Below are positions 1 through 12,500 of a stretch of 64,000 nucleotides of DNA, one piece after another (within the stretch, counting starts at the first letter, position 1; each line of letters starts with the position of its first letter). Both the position numbers and the translations under genes were made by a program. The notes under the pieces were generated by a model. That model was not told the DNA's origin and did not search any database. It worked only from the letters and a program-made list of their open reading frames with translations. The DNA is from Dendrobates tinctorius (taxonomy: Eukaryota). Where the stretch lies: NCBI RefSeq assembly GCF_039654945.1, contig NW_027361767.1, positions 868,001 through 932,000 on the forward strand, read 5' to 3'.

Positions 1-1656
1 CCGGGTTGCATAGTCCATTCATGGCAATCTGGCCAAATGGGACCTCTATAATAGGCAGTGGCTCTAGGGGGCTTCAGAAGTGGGATACAGGAGCAGGTAG
101 CTGACAGGTGGGGCTGGAGCGGCAATAGTTGACAATTTCTCTGTGACATCCAGGCCAATTGAACCTCTGAATGACCCACTCTTGAGTTTTGTCTACTCCC
201 AGATGCCCAACCAAGACATGAGAATGGGCTACATCTTGTACCCTACACCAATTGGGACCTGGTACCAACAACTGCTATGTTACTTCCTCTCTTAGTTTAG
301 TGACCTGATATAGCAGCTCCTCATTTACCGCAAAATGTGGAAACCTGGTGTCAGCTCCCGGCTCTTGAGTGACCCCATTTATCACAGTCACATTGTCAAA
401 TGCCCCTTTTAAAGTAACAATCCGCATTTGAGCAGTCCCAGAATTCCTACTATAAACCTCCATCTCCCGCATCTCGGCCTCCTGGGTCACTGGTTCGTCC
501 TTGTCATCGGCATGGATGCACATGGAACTCATCCACCTCTGACTACAATGGGGATTGACCATGGTTGAATCGGCTCCTGTCTGAGTCACTTGGTACTCCC
601 GCCACAAGTCCCAGAACAAGTGAAAGTCCCGCCCATGTCTGCGGCTCCTCACTGGGCTGATAGTCCACACTGCTGGTGAGATATGCATAGTGTGAACAGC
701 ACCTCCCTAAGCTGCAGTCCATTTGTTTGGAGGACATAGGACAATGGGCGGCTATATGTCCAGGACCGTGACACCTTCAACAAAGCAAGTCTTTTCCATC
801 GGCCTTTGGTAACCCCTCAGCCACCCCTTGGGACCTCAGGCTCCCCCAGTTGTGGCTCTACTACCCCTCTCTTGAGATTCGGGCTCCTTCTGGGTGCCCC
901 AGTATGGGGATGCAACACTGCCTGGCTTCCTTAGGAACCTTTCAACCACCTGGTACCTTTCCACGAGACCAACCAGGTCTTCCACATTCCGGGGATCTCC
1001 TTGGGCAACCCAGGTCTGCACCAGCCTTGGAAGAGAGTGAATAATTCTGTTCATGACCACCCGCTAGACCTTCTGGGCTGGAGTGGAGGACTCCGGCTAC
1101 AACCACTTCTGTAAAAGATGCAGTAAGCTGAACATTTGGGAGTGAGGAGGTTTGTCACCACAATACACCCAGTGGTGGACCCTTTGTGCTCTGACCGACA
1201 TACTCCTCAGGATGCCAAAATCTCAGTATTTATTTCCTGTGCATCCTGTAGTGCCAGGTCATAATAAGCCTTTTGGGGCTTGTCAGTTAAATAAGGGGCT
1301 AGCACCTCCGATCCCTGCTTCGGCGGCAGCGACTCCCGCTCTGCCTCCCTTTCACACACAGTCAAAAAAGCTACCACATCATAGCCCGGGGTCATTTTTG
1401 CATCGCTTGTCTTACCGCTTTCCGGTCATATGGGGAATGGGCTGCCGGCCTCCCACAAACAGCCTCTGCGAGGAGTTCCATCTCCCATGCAAGCACCTCC
1501 TGTTGCTGTCATGGCTGCTGCTGTTTTGAGCTGCTGCACCAATTTGTTTCTTGTTGTGTCAGCATCTACTTTTGATGTACTTGCTGCTGCTGTTGGACCT
1601 GGACCAGATGTTTAAGCTACTCTATGTTGTCTGACGTAACTTCCTGGGGAAATTAC
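1..1656 (-). mobile_element. Decayed Gypsy LTR retrotransposon, Gmr1-like (gag with SCAN-like domain, then integrase); runs off the window edge
   Basis: Minus ORF fragments in order: gag N-terminus MTPGYDVVAFLTVCEREAERE..LAPYLT (1207-1395), SCAN-like C-terminus IIHSLPRLVQTWVAQGDPRNVEDLVGLVERY (836-1060), integrase zinc-binding HHCC motif AHSHVLVGHLGVDKT..YCRSSPTCQ (74-271), then PLPIIEVPFGQIAM (start of integrase core) at 1-70. Frameshifts and stops throughout. Confidence 0.8.
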
Positions 1657-1675
1657 CCTCACTTCTTACAACAAC

Positions 1676-2170
1676 TGTGGTAGATCAGCTCCATCAGCTG
1701 CACACCAGAGGTAGACACCGGAACGCTGTTTCTTTAAATCTCTCACTAGTTTATTTAAGGCAGCATAAGCCAGTGCAGATTTAGCAAAAATAATCATGGC
1801 CTTTCTGGCTTAAGGAAAACAAAACATAACATACAGCACTGTTCGTGTTGTTGCGGAGATACGCTCGCTTAGGAGAACAACCATACATTGGTTTAGCTTT
1901 TCCTTATCAGCACACAAAGTGCTGAAGTTCCTCTCTCCAGTCCCACTGACCACTGAATGACTCCAAAGGCTGGCTATTTATACACTAGATCACACACTGG
2001 GGTGGAGATAAGGTGGACATCCTTCCACCCGCTCTATGGTTGTCCACAAAAACCCAGCCCTTAAAATGGCTGCTTAATCCCCCTCATCACATAGTGTGCT
2101 GTAGCAGACTTCTGGGTTTCAAGTCACTGAAGCTAACAGTCTCAGTGAAACCTCTCTATCTGGTTCCTCA
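1676..2170 (-). mobile_element. 5' LTR of the Gypsy element, followed by a degenerate primer-binding site (1657-1674)
   Basis: On the minus strand: TATAAATA (1975-1982), AATAAA (about 1750-1755), LTR end ..ctaccaCA, then ttgttgtaagaagtgaggg, which resembles the tRNA-Leu PBS TGGTGTCAGAAGTGGGAT. Upstream LTR boundary approximate. Confidence 0.55.
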
Positions 2171-3429
2171 TCCCTATCTCTATCTTTGAACAACTTTAAT
2201 ACATAACTCTTTAATTTCTATGCTGCGTTTCATTCCTTACGTGTCATACGGACAGCACACTGTTACAGGGATGTGACATACTGTACGTGCACATGGACCA
2301 TGGATCTCACCAGTACTGGTTTCCCCAGTACCAAAATCACCAGTACGTGTGAAGTAGAATTTAATGTTCTGGTATAAGCTTGAGAATAATTAGCATACGT
2401 GCTCCTAACATCCTAAGCCTGATCAGTAGGAAGGTTGAAGGAAGATCCTTTGACCCGACTGGTGGCATGATTAGTATGATGACGTAGTGGGAGACCAGGT
2501 GGTGAAGACAGGAGATCTGCCTGGTAAATGTGCATAGCTGGTGAACGGTGTAACCTGAGGGAGGACTTGTGTGATGCAAGAAAAGATGCAAATGACAAAA
2601 ATCACAATTGAGACTTTGGAGGAAACACAGTCTGGCAAATCAATATCAACCGTACAGCAGGTACTAACCGTCCATGAGTGAAACTAGAGGAACTTCTGAG
2701 AATGGAATTACTCACATGTCCTTTGAGCATTACACCAATTTTAGCATAATAAATTCTGTCTTACATTATTATCAGTTGTGCTGTCTGTACATCGGGTGCC
2801 CTCTCGATGCCAGCTGTTCCCTGCTTTTGCAGGATTTTCGTGCACAATACAGGGTTCTGGCTGTTTAGAGGTGCTGTAAGTGTCTTCTTCAGCAAAGTGT
2901 GGACTAGGAGGCTGTCTGCCCTGGCACTAGTACCACTTTCAATCTGCCACCTCCTGTCTTTCTACTGCTCCGACTCCAGCACCACAAACTGACTATATGC
3001 TTCCTCTGATACACTACTTTGTCTCTAACGTAAGGTTCCTGTAGGTTGAGATTAAAGAAAGCAGGATATTTCTAATAAGATGAAAAAGGCCAGCTTGGAC
3101 CTTGATGATGAACAAGTTTCTTGGATATGGGGATTTAAAGCTATGCACACCATTGGGACTTACGTCCGCATCACTGAATTCAGGTTTCTCATTGAGCTCC
3201 TTTGCCCGTGTTGTAAAGCAACTGGCCCCTCGCCCCCATTGTCCTTGGTGTATAACATGGCCCCCCACCCCAGTGTATAACACCCGGCTACATGTCATGA
3301 TGTCTGCCTTCACTAATGTGGCAGAACGGACAGTGGTGCAGAGCTCATTGGTACAATGCGGTCCTGCAATAGAACCCACCGAAGTAACGGGTCCATTCAT
3401 GACATTTCTACCCTTATAAGTCCTTCCCC

Positions 3430-4330
3430 ATCACCTATGAGTGATATTATTGAGAACTGGAAGAAACAGCAATTCAGCCATGGAGCGGAGACCCTACATC
3501 GTTACAGAGTGGGAGGTCGAGTGCTGAGGAGCAGAGGGAAGAAAAGTCACCAACGCTCTGCTGATCTCGTAACTGCAAAGTCTAGACCTCCTCTGCTCTT
3601 TCCATCAGCACAAACACAGCGCACCCAGTGGGAACTTCATGACCGAGCAGCAAGCATACAGCCGTTTATCACCAAGCACAATGCTGAGCATCGGATGGAG
3701 TGGTGTAAGGCCACCACTGAACTCTGGAGGAAACATGTTCTGTGCAGTGATGGATCACACTTCTCTATGTGGCATCTGATGGACAAGTCTGGGTTTGGTG
3801 AATGCAAGGAGAATGTTACCCCCTGACTGCATTGTGCCGCTGGACACTTTGGTAGAGGAGAGATAACACTTTATGCTTGCAGGGGTCGGCCATGGTTTCA
3901 ATGAAGGGAAATTTTAATGCACAAGACATTGTGGACAATTGTCATTTCTAACTTTGTGGGCTTAGTTTGGAAAATGCTCTTTTCTGTTCCCCATGACTGA
4001 GCCCAGTGCACAAGGTCCATACAGATATGGTTGGGAAAGTCTGATGGAAGAACATGACCGGCCGCACAAAATCCGGACCTCATCCCCATCTAACAACTAG
4101 AATGGGGATTGTGCCTCTCCTCCAATATCAGGGTCTGCCCTCACTAGTGCTGCTCTGGACAAAAAGCCAAAAATTCCCACAGATGCCTCAAAAATCTTGT
4201 AGAAGTCCTTCCCAGAAGAAAGGGAGCTGTTATACCTGCAGAGGTGGCGACTCCATATTAATGTCTGTGGATGTAGGATGGGAGGTCAGAAAAGTTCTTG
4301 GAGGTCTCCCAATATTTTTTTTCTATATAG
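3430..4330 (+). mobile_element. Decayed Tc1/mariner transposon
   Basis: Fragments MEWCKA..WRKHVLCSDGSHFS (first catalytic Asp region) and degraded downstream transposase and terminal sequence; many frameshifts. Confidence 0.65.
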
Positions 4331-6407
4331 TTTCTCAGTCTGAAGTATCTGCAGAGTGTGTGGTTTTGGGTGCCTTACAGATGTCTGTGGTTTAGTGCTG
4401 ACTTGTTTGCTTTTCTCTCACGCATTGTGCTTTATATATTTATTCTTCTATTATCACAGGTGCCCCAATATTCAGATATCTGCTCACAGGTAGTCCACTT
4501 TTGGCTTTGGCTTGATACAGGACTTTGCTACCTGTACCAGCACGTTATCACTGGGTACGGGCTAAGTGGCTTATTTTATTAGTGAAGTTCCCCCACCGCA
4601 GGCTCTCTCTCAATTTACTGTTAGCTCTGAGCTGCTGGGAGGAGACAAGCTGCTATGATGTCTTCCGTGCACAGCACACAGAGAGTGATTCCTGCCCTTG
4701 AAGCGCACACAGACAGAAGCAGAATGAAGGATAGTATACAGCAGGGCTGCTCAGTGTAGATGTAAATCCAGCTCTGCAGTGAGGTAAAAGACTTGTTAGT
4801 AAGCTCAGCACGATCTTCCTGTGTCTCCCTGTGGCTGTTTTTTCACTTCTGCTCCCTTTTCACCTTTCCATAGAGTATAATGAGCTGCGAGTCCATCTTA
4901 TCCAAGCATGATTGAGGTGAGCGTTTGTAGATGACATTAGGGAAAGGAATAAGTGTCTTAAAAGTGAAGAAGGAAGCCAATCTTTCTGATAAGATATTAG
5001 AAAGTTTCTTATATTCGCCTGTACAATTGAATTATGCAAAATTTGTTGAAAATGCAGCTTTCATTGTAACTGGTGGGTTACAATCGGCTAGACCAGACTT
5101 TTTGCCTTCACACATGCCAGGAGAACAGTACCAGGTATAGAACTGCTGCCTCCTCTTTATGGATCAGAACACCTGCCTGAAAGGGTAGGAAAATATGGAA
5201 ATTTATATTACCCTTTTATGGAGAAGATAGCGAATGGTGGTACTATCAGCAGAGAACATATAAAATATGGGAAGTTTTGGCTGAAGACTGGAATGGAGAA
5301 GTTTACTGTAGTCCAGGACATTAAAAAAAGGCAAATTTCATAGAAATGCCGCGATCTTGTAATTCCAGAAGAAGCAATAAATCTTCTTGTGGTGTCAAGA
5401 GACAGACAAAGGAATTAATATCTGCTCAGAGCCAGAGATGCACCTGGGACACGGAGAGACGAATGGATGTAGCGAGTCATGGAAGAACGGTCAGAATGGA
5501 GATCGACAATAGGAAAGAATGAAGAACCCGAAAAACAGTCACGAAGGAATAGTAAACAGACCCTGCATACTGGAAGAGAGACGGGGAGGAAATCACATGT
5601 GGAGGACTCTGCAGCTAGAAAACTGAGAATAGAACTGCAGGGATATACTGAGAAGTCCCAGAGCAAATAGAGAATGGGAAAGTTAATGTAAAAGTTCCGG
5701 GCCATTTTTTAATTTTTTTTACTATACATATAATACATATTTTTTGGGCTATGGGTGGAAAATATGAAAAGTAGACACTTTTTCTTAGTTTTTTTGCAAC
5801 CACAAATGACATCTAAAATCATTTTAAATTGCTCTCTCCTTTCCTTAGAAATTAAAAGATTTTTTTCGATCGGGGCCGGGCGTGCAAACCTTGCTCTACT
5901 CTGCACTGGCGCAGGAATAGAGTTACTAAGTGCTCAGATTTTTCTCACTTTAGGGGTACATCTCCGGTATTAGACCATTGCTACCTGTTTAATAGGTTCA
6001 TAGTCAATTTTCCTGCTGTGTGTTCTGTATTGAGTTGTGTGGGGATTTCTTGTTTAGTCCTTTTAAATTATCAATAAAAGGTATATTTTATAGGGTCATC
6101 TTTTTTCAGTTTTTTTTTCTAGCTCTCACAGTATGTTTAGGGTCGTCCTGCTGTAAGGTGAACCATCTCCCCAGTCTCAAGTCTTTTTTTCGCTCCATCC
6201 ATCTTCCCATCAACTCTGACCAGCTTCCTTGTTCCTCCTGAAGAAATCCACCACGTTTGACGGTGGGGATGGTGTTTTCAGGGTGCTGTGCAGTCTTAGT
6301 TTTCAGCCACACGCAGTGTTTTACATTTAGCCCAAAAAGTTATACTTTGGTCTCATCAGACTAGAACACATTCTCTTGGAGATGCTCAGAGCTTGGGCTT
6401 TATACCC

Positions 6408-6600
6408 TAAGGCCGGGGTCACATTTGCGAGAAACTCGCACGAGTCTGGCATCACAATATCTGGCACTGCCACCAGCACTCGGGACCGGAGGGTGCGGCT
6501 ACATGTATTTCTATGCAGCTGAGCGCAACGGTCCCAAGTGCTGGCAGCAGTGCCGGGTATTGAGATGCGAGACTCATGCGAGTTTCTCCACAAATTTATC
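6408..6600. mobile_element. PIF/Harbinger-type MITE, right end damaged
   Basis: Starts TAA-GGCCGGGGTCACA; internal palindrome gagaaactcgca..tgcgagtttctc; same family as 18265-18425. Confidence 0.65.
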
Positions 6601-6739
6601 CCTGACCTGTCTGGTGGGTTTCTTGGTTTTCACGATGCTGTGTGGATCCATAATGCACTCAAACAAACCTCTGAGGCCTTCACAGATCATCTCTAGTTAC
6701 AGTGGCTTGCGAGACTATTCACCCCTTGGCTTTTTACAT

Positions 6740-6813
6740 TAATAATATTTATTTATATAGCGCCAACATATTCCGCAGCACTTTACAGTTTAACAGTTTG
6801 AAAACACAAGTCA
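6740..6813 (-). mobile_element. L2 LINE 3' tail fragment
   Basis: atatagcgccaacatattccgcagcactttacagtttaacagtt is nearly identical to the 3' end of the L2 at 28995-29070. Confidence 0.75.
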
Positions 6814-7143
6814 GTCAATTTTCCTGCTGTGTTCTGTATTGAGTTATGTGGGGATTTCTACAACTACATCCCCCTGTGTGCAATCTAAGTGTCACATGTC
6901 TGTCAGTATATACACTTTAATTTTTCTGAAGGGCCACAGAGGCTGCAACACAAATAACAAGAGGCACCACTAACCAAACAACACCAGTAAGCAAGAGGCA
7001 CCACTAAACAAATACCATGAAGACCAAGGAGATCTCCAAACAAGTCAGGGACAAAGTTGATGAGAAGTACAGAAGAAACAAAGCCTTTACTTACACAAAA
7101 AAAAAATGTAAGGCTAATTTTCAGTTTGCCAAAAGACATGTAG

Positions 7144-7416
<273 letters not shown>

Positions 7417-7546
7417 TGAGACTTGGACTGAAATTGACCTTCCAACAAGACAATGACCTAAACCATACTGCTAAAGCAATACTCAAGAGGTTTATGGGGA
7501 AACGTGTAAATGTTTTGGAGTGGCCTAGCCAAATCCCAGACCTTAA

Positions 7547-8059
7547 AGGGAATCTGTCACCTCATTTTGAGACGGTATTTATATGACTTTGGTCCGGATC
7601 GATGGGCGGTGTTTCAGGTCCTTTCCTCCACCCCTTCTTAGCCGCTGTCCTCAATATTTCAGGGAATTTCCGTACTAAGCCTCCATATTACGCATGTGCG
7701 CATTGCAATCTGGACTCGCGCGCACAGTATGCCTTGCCTAACTGCGGGAAAAGCCAAAAAGCATTAGTCCGCATGCGCCGGTGAACTATGTCCCGGAACA
7801 CAGCTAAATACTTCTGGGACATAGTTCACCGGTGCATGCGCACTAATGCTTTTTGGCTTTGCCCGCAGTAGGGCAAAGCATACTGCGTGTGCGCGAGTCC
7901 AGATTGCAATGCGCACATGCGTAATATGGAGGCCAAGTACGGAAATTCCCTGAAATATTGCAGACAGCGGCCGAGGGGTGGAGGAAAGGACCTGAAACAC
8001 CCATCTGACCGGACCCAAGTCATTTACATACCGCGCCAAAATGAGGTGACAGATTCCCT
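7547..8059. mobile_element. T2/Kolobok-type palindromic MITE with TTAA TSD
   Basis: TTAA-AGGGAATCTGTCACCTCATTTTG ... CAAAATGAGGTGACAGATTCCCT-TTAA; near-perfect internal foldback. Removing it restores the Tc1 reading PDLNPLENL. Confidence 0.9.
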
Positions 8060-8581
8060 TTAAATCCACTGGAGAATCTGGGGTCAGACTTGAATATCGC
8101 TCGTCACCAGATGAAACCATCTAACTTGAAGGAGCTAGGGCAGTTTTGCCTTGAGGAATGGGCAAAAATCCCAGTGGTCAGATGTGGAAAGCTCATAGGG
8201 ACAAAGCGACACTGAAGTTTTAAGTTATTTTGTCCTTAATTGTTGTTTGCGTCACAAAAAAGAAATGTTTAAAGTTGTAGGCATGCTCTTTATATGACCT
8301 GACAAAAAGGCTAAAAAAAAAAGTGACGTTCCACGTTCTGACGTAGCAAAACACAAAAACTGCCAAGAGAGTGAATATTTTTGCAAGCAAATGTTTACTG
8401 AGAAATTATACCCAGGTGGACTCAATTTACTAATTATTCGAGTTCTGGAGCAATTGGTCACTGAGGATTTTATTTAGGGGTATTAGACTACAGGGGGCTG
8501 AATACAAATGCATGTCACAATTTTCATATTTATATTTTTAAAATAATTAACCCTTGCACATCATAAATACGTGTTACCTTG

Positions 8582-8902
8582 TGTTGGTATCACAAAAAAT
8601 TCCCAATAAAATGTATTTATGGTTGTGGGTGTAAGGTGGAAAAATATGGAAAAGGTCACGGGGTATGAATACTTGTCAAGGCATTGTATATATAGGAAAA
8701 CAAGGTGACAGACTTGGACTTTAGCCCGCAAATTCACTGACTATTGCTCTATGATTCATTCTCTCTAGCGCCCTGTCACCTTGTTTTCCTATATATACAA
8801 TGCCTTGACAAGTATTCATACCCCGTGACCTTTTCCATATTTTTCCACCTTACACCCACAACCATAAATACATTTTATTGGGAATTTTTTGTGATACCAA
8901 CA
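8582..8902. repeat. 130-bp inverted duplication with a 61-bp spacer
   Basis: 8582-8711 is the reverse complement of 8773-8902. Confidence 0.9.
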
Positions 8903-9555
8903 AAAAACGACGACATAAAAGCCTGAGGAGCAGAACGCTAGTTGGGATTATTTTTGTTGCATATTTTGCTTCTTTAATCTGGAATTATTGTGCATTAATT
9001 ATAATCTGCCCCCGACACAGTTCAGCTATTAAACAAGCATCACTTTGCCTCGTACCTGTGAACCCTTAAAGGGGGGGGATCCTCTCCAAACTCTTAATCT
9101 GGAGTTAAAATCAATATTACATTTTAAGACTCTGACCGATGAAATCCAGAGACAGAAGAAATTGGGCTATTGTTCAGATATGTGAAGTATTCCGACAGCG
9201 CAGCGGCCAGTCCCATCCGGGCACTGCCCACTGCACAGCTGTCGAGGATGATGGAGATGCTGGCGCCGAGGACCACGCTGCGATCAGCCAGCAACACACA
9301 CAACACGGGAAATACATAAAAATCTCATTTTAATACTCGTCATTCCACAAAGTAATAAAAAACAATAACCACAGATACTTAATCATCCTTATTACAAATC
9401 GGATGGAAACATATTACATCACACATTCCTCATCCAAACCACTCGCACGTCCTGTGCGCTTCGACCACTACCAAGGTCACTTATAAAGATGGAGTCCAAG
9501 GGGCCGCGTGTGCTGGTCCTGTCGTATTTGTGCTGTTAGTACCGGAGCCCCGTCG

Positions 9556-12500
9556 TCATTCCTTCAGGTAGAAGTGCATTTTTTCATGAATTGTCTTGCG
9601 GTCGGGGTTGAGTCTCTTGAGAATCTGGGCGAGCACATTCACTGTCTGCTCGCTGCTAAGACCGGTCTTCTTGGTTTGGAATTTTTTCAGCAAGTCCTTG
9701 GTCGTCATGGGTTTGCGGGTCAGATACCTTCTAACCGCTTCTTCAGTCAACTGAATGTCTCTGTGAGCAGAAAGAAGACGGTGGATTGGGGTTTGTGCAC
9801 ATGTTTAATATTTGCAGCATTTGCATTTTTCTGCTGCGAGCATGAATAAGCCTTTATGTAGTATTTTTCATTGGACCTCATGACATCCAGAGAAATGTCC
9901 ACTGGTGTCTGGAAGATCTCAAAGTCTCCCATTTACAAGGAGATTAAGAAGGAAGTCTGCATTTATAGCCACCTGTCCCCTTCCCTGATGCAATCCCTCC
10001 CAAGGGCAGGTATAACACATGGACGCTTTCTGATTCACAAAGGGGATTCATGGACGGTGGACCCCTCTATGAATCTAACCTACATGTGGAGCCACTTACC
10101 CGCTGCTGGGTGTAGACTTTCCAGACTGGGGCTGTGGGGTTGATTTTCCTGACGTGTTCTGAGGTCCAGAATCCATCTTTAGACGCTTTGCCGCTGGAGT
10201 GTGGCTGGCAGCGCCACGTTTACCTGGAGGATAAAGCCAAAAACTAATGTTAGCAATAGTGGATGTAAACACAGAGCGCCCATCATCATCCAACCACCGC
10301 TCCGCACCTTGCTCCAGCTTACTGGCTGCAGCCCTAAGTGTGTTAGACGTGTTCCCTGAATCAGGGGACGGGGTGCCAGGCCGGCTGTTGGCGCGGGAGC
10401 TATTGTTGGAGCCACCTTTCTTATCCTTCTTCGGAGGAGTCTTCTTTTTCTACAAGGAAACAAATACCGCTCAAGTGTCCGTTACATAGCAGACTGGCTG
10501 TATTACCAGCCCGAGCAGATGCTTATATCACCGGTTACCTGCATGAAGAGAGCAGACGAGGCCTCTCCATCTATGTCGCTGTCCTCAGATGTCTCCGACT
10601 CGTCACTGCTGTCTGCAGGGACAGAAAACAAGAGCAACGGCCTTTGTATCTCGTGGTTATCGGTGTTATCATCCGCTTAGGTGACATTTATAATTGAAGA
10701 GGACTGTGGTAACTCCCATCAAAACCAACTATTGGCACCAGGGGAAACAGAGGCCCATCCATTACAGAGGGAGACCTAATGAGACTGACTGTCCAAGCCA
10801 GGACTTTGACCTTACCTCTCTTCTTCTTACGCTCCTGGGGTGTAGGTGCTTTCTTCTCTTCCTCCTCCTCTTCTTCTACCTTCTCCTCTTCACTCTCCTC
10901 GCTGCTCTCGCTTCCTTCATCAATGCCTACAAGATACAACATAAATCCTAGAGATATGCGCCACCAAAGATCAGTAAGCAGTCCAATGTGGCTGGAAGGA
11001 GAAAGCATAATGTGCATGTCGCCAGCACCATCGGCTACTGGAGGTAATTGCTCTGCTCGGTGTGAATGACACCAGAATATTGGGACAGATGAGCAACGTT
11101 CTGTTACTGTTTGGACCGAAAGTAAAGACCGACGTCCCCTGTAATGCTCCACAGGAGACGACGGACTGTCTGAGGTTACCTTTAGGATGCTCGTCCTCCT
11201 TCACGGTAACTGGTTTCCCTGGAACTTCATCTTCTGAGCTGCAAGGAAAGGACATGAGGAGCTAAGCGGTGGTGCCACCATCAGATAGGGCAGCATCTCC
11301 CACACAGAGCTCTGTTACCTGCTCTCATCAGACATATAGTCCACCTCCTGCCCCTCGTAATCTCCATCGTCGCTGTCCTCAATGGCCTCGTCGTCAGAGC
11401 GAGATTTCTTCTTCTTCTTCTTGCTCGCAGCAGCTTTCTTTGGGGCTTTTGGCCGTTTCTCTCCTTAAATTAAAACCAAACAGGAACAATTAGAAATAGA
11501 TTTACTTAGAAAATTGGTGTTGTGTTTATTACTTATTTCACCCACTGCATGTATCCTAGCCACAGGATCGATGATAAATGGGTCTAGATGCTAAAACCCT
11601 CCAACGTTCCAAAGAATAGGGGTCTCCAAATAATAATAATTTTATTTCTATAGCGCTGACATATTCCGCAGCACTTTACATTATAGAGGGGACATGTACA
11701 GACAATAGACATTACAGCATAACAATAATCACATAGATCATAACAGATACCAAGAGGAATGAGGGCCCTGCTCGCAAGCTTACAGTCTATGAGGGAAAAA
11801 GGGGAGACACGAAAGGTGGGTGGTAACAGTTCCAAAGCCCCTTGTGTAACATTACCAGTCTACATGAGTTGTAGACAGTAAAGGCCTCCATGCAAAAACG
11901 ATTGCTGATGGGCGAACAAGGTTTTGTCCAATCATATATTGTATAAGTGAAATAATACCAGGATCCGGATCTCCAGCGACTTCACAGAAATCCTGCTCAT
12001 CAGCATCTGATGTGACCCCTGCACAGGACAGACCCCCCATCCCACCCAACCATCCAGCCTCTCACCATCTTCTCCGCTCTCCTCGCTGTCGCTGGAACTC
12101 AGCTCCAGGTCGTCCTCGAGGTCGTGAATCTTCAGGTCACTTTTTTTCTTTTTTTTCTTACTCTTTAACAGCTTGTCTAGTTTGCTGCCGCCTTCCTCGT
12201 CGTCATCGTCCAGGTCCTTCAGCCGCCGCTGTTGCATGATGCTAAAGTGGTTGAGGATTTTGTTCCGCCTGCAAACAAATCAATGGAAACCTGTGGTACA
12301 TAAAGATGCACCTGTCCCAGCGGGGGAGCGTGTGACATCACATGGGGGTCCTGGGGGGTTTACTGATAAGAAACACTATAGTCGTAACAGTATAGTCTCT
12401 CTTCCTCCTGCCCGATAACAGCAGACAATAGATGACGTGGCGGCGTGCCCGGCCTCGCTGCCTCTCACCTATCCCATTCTTGCTCAGCCTCTTCAGCGGT

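Noticed and set aside
5150-6090. Possible L1 or Penelope 3' remnant
   Set aside because: Only a vague resemblance, with no diagnostic motif.
11903-12006. Intronic foldback as a miRNA or snoRNA
   Set aside because: Only the ends pair (tgctgatgggc/gctcatcagca); it looks like a decayed tiny MITE.
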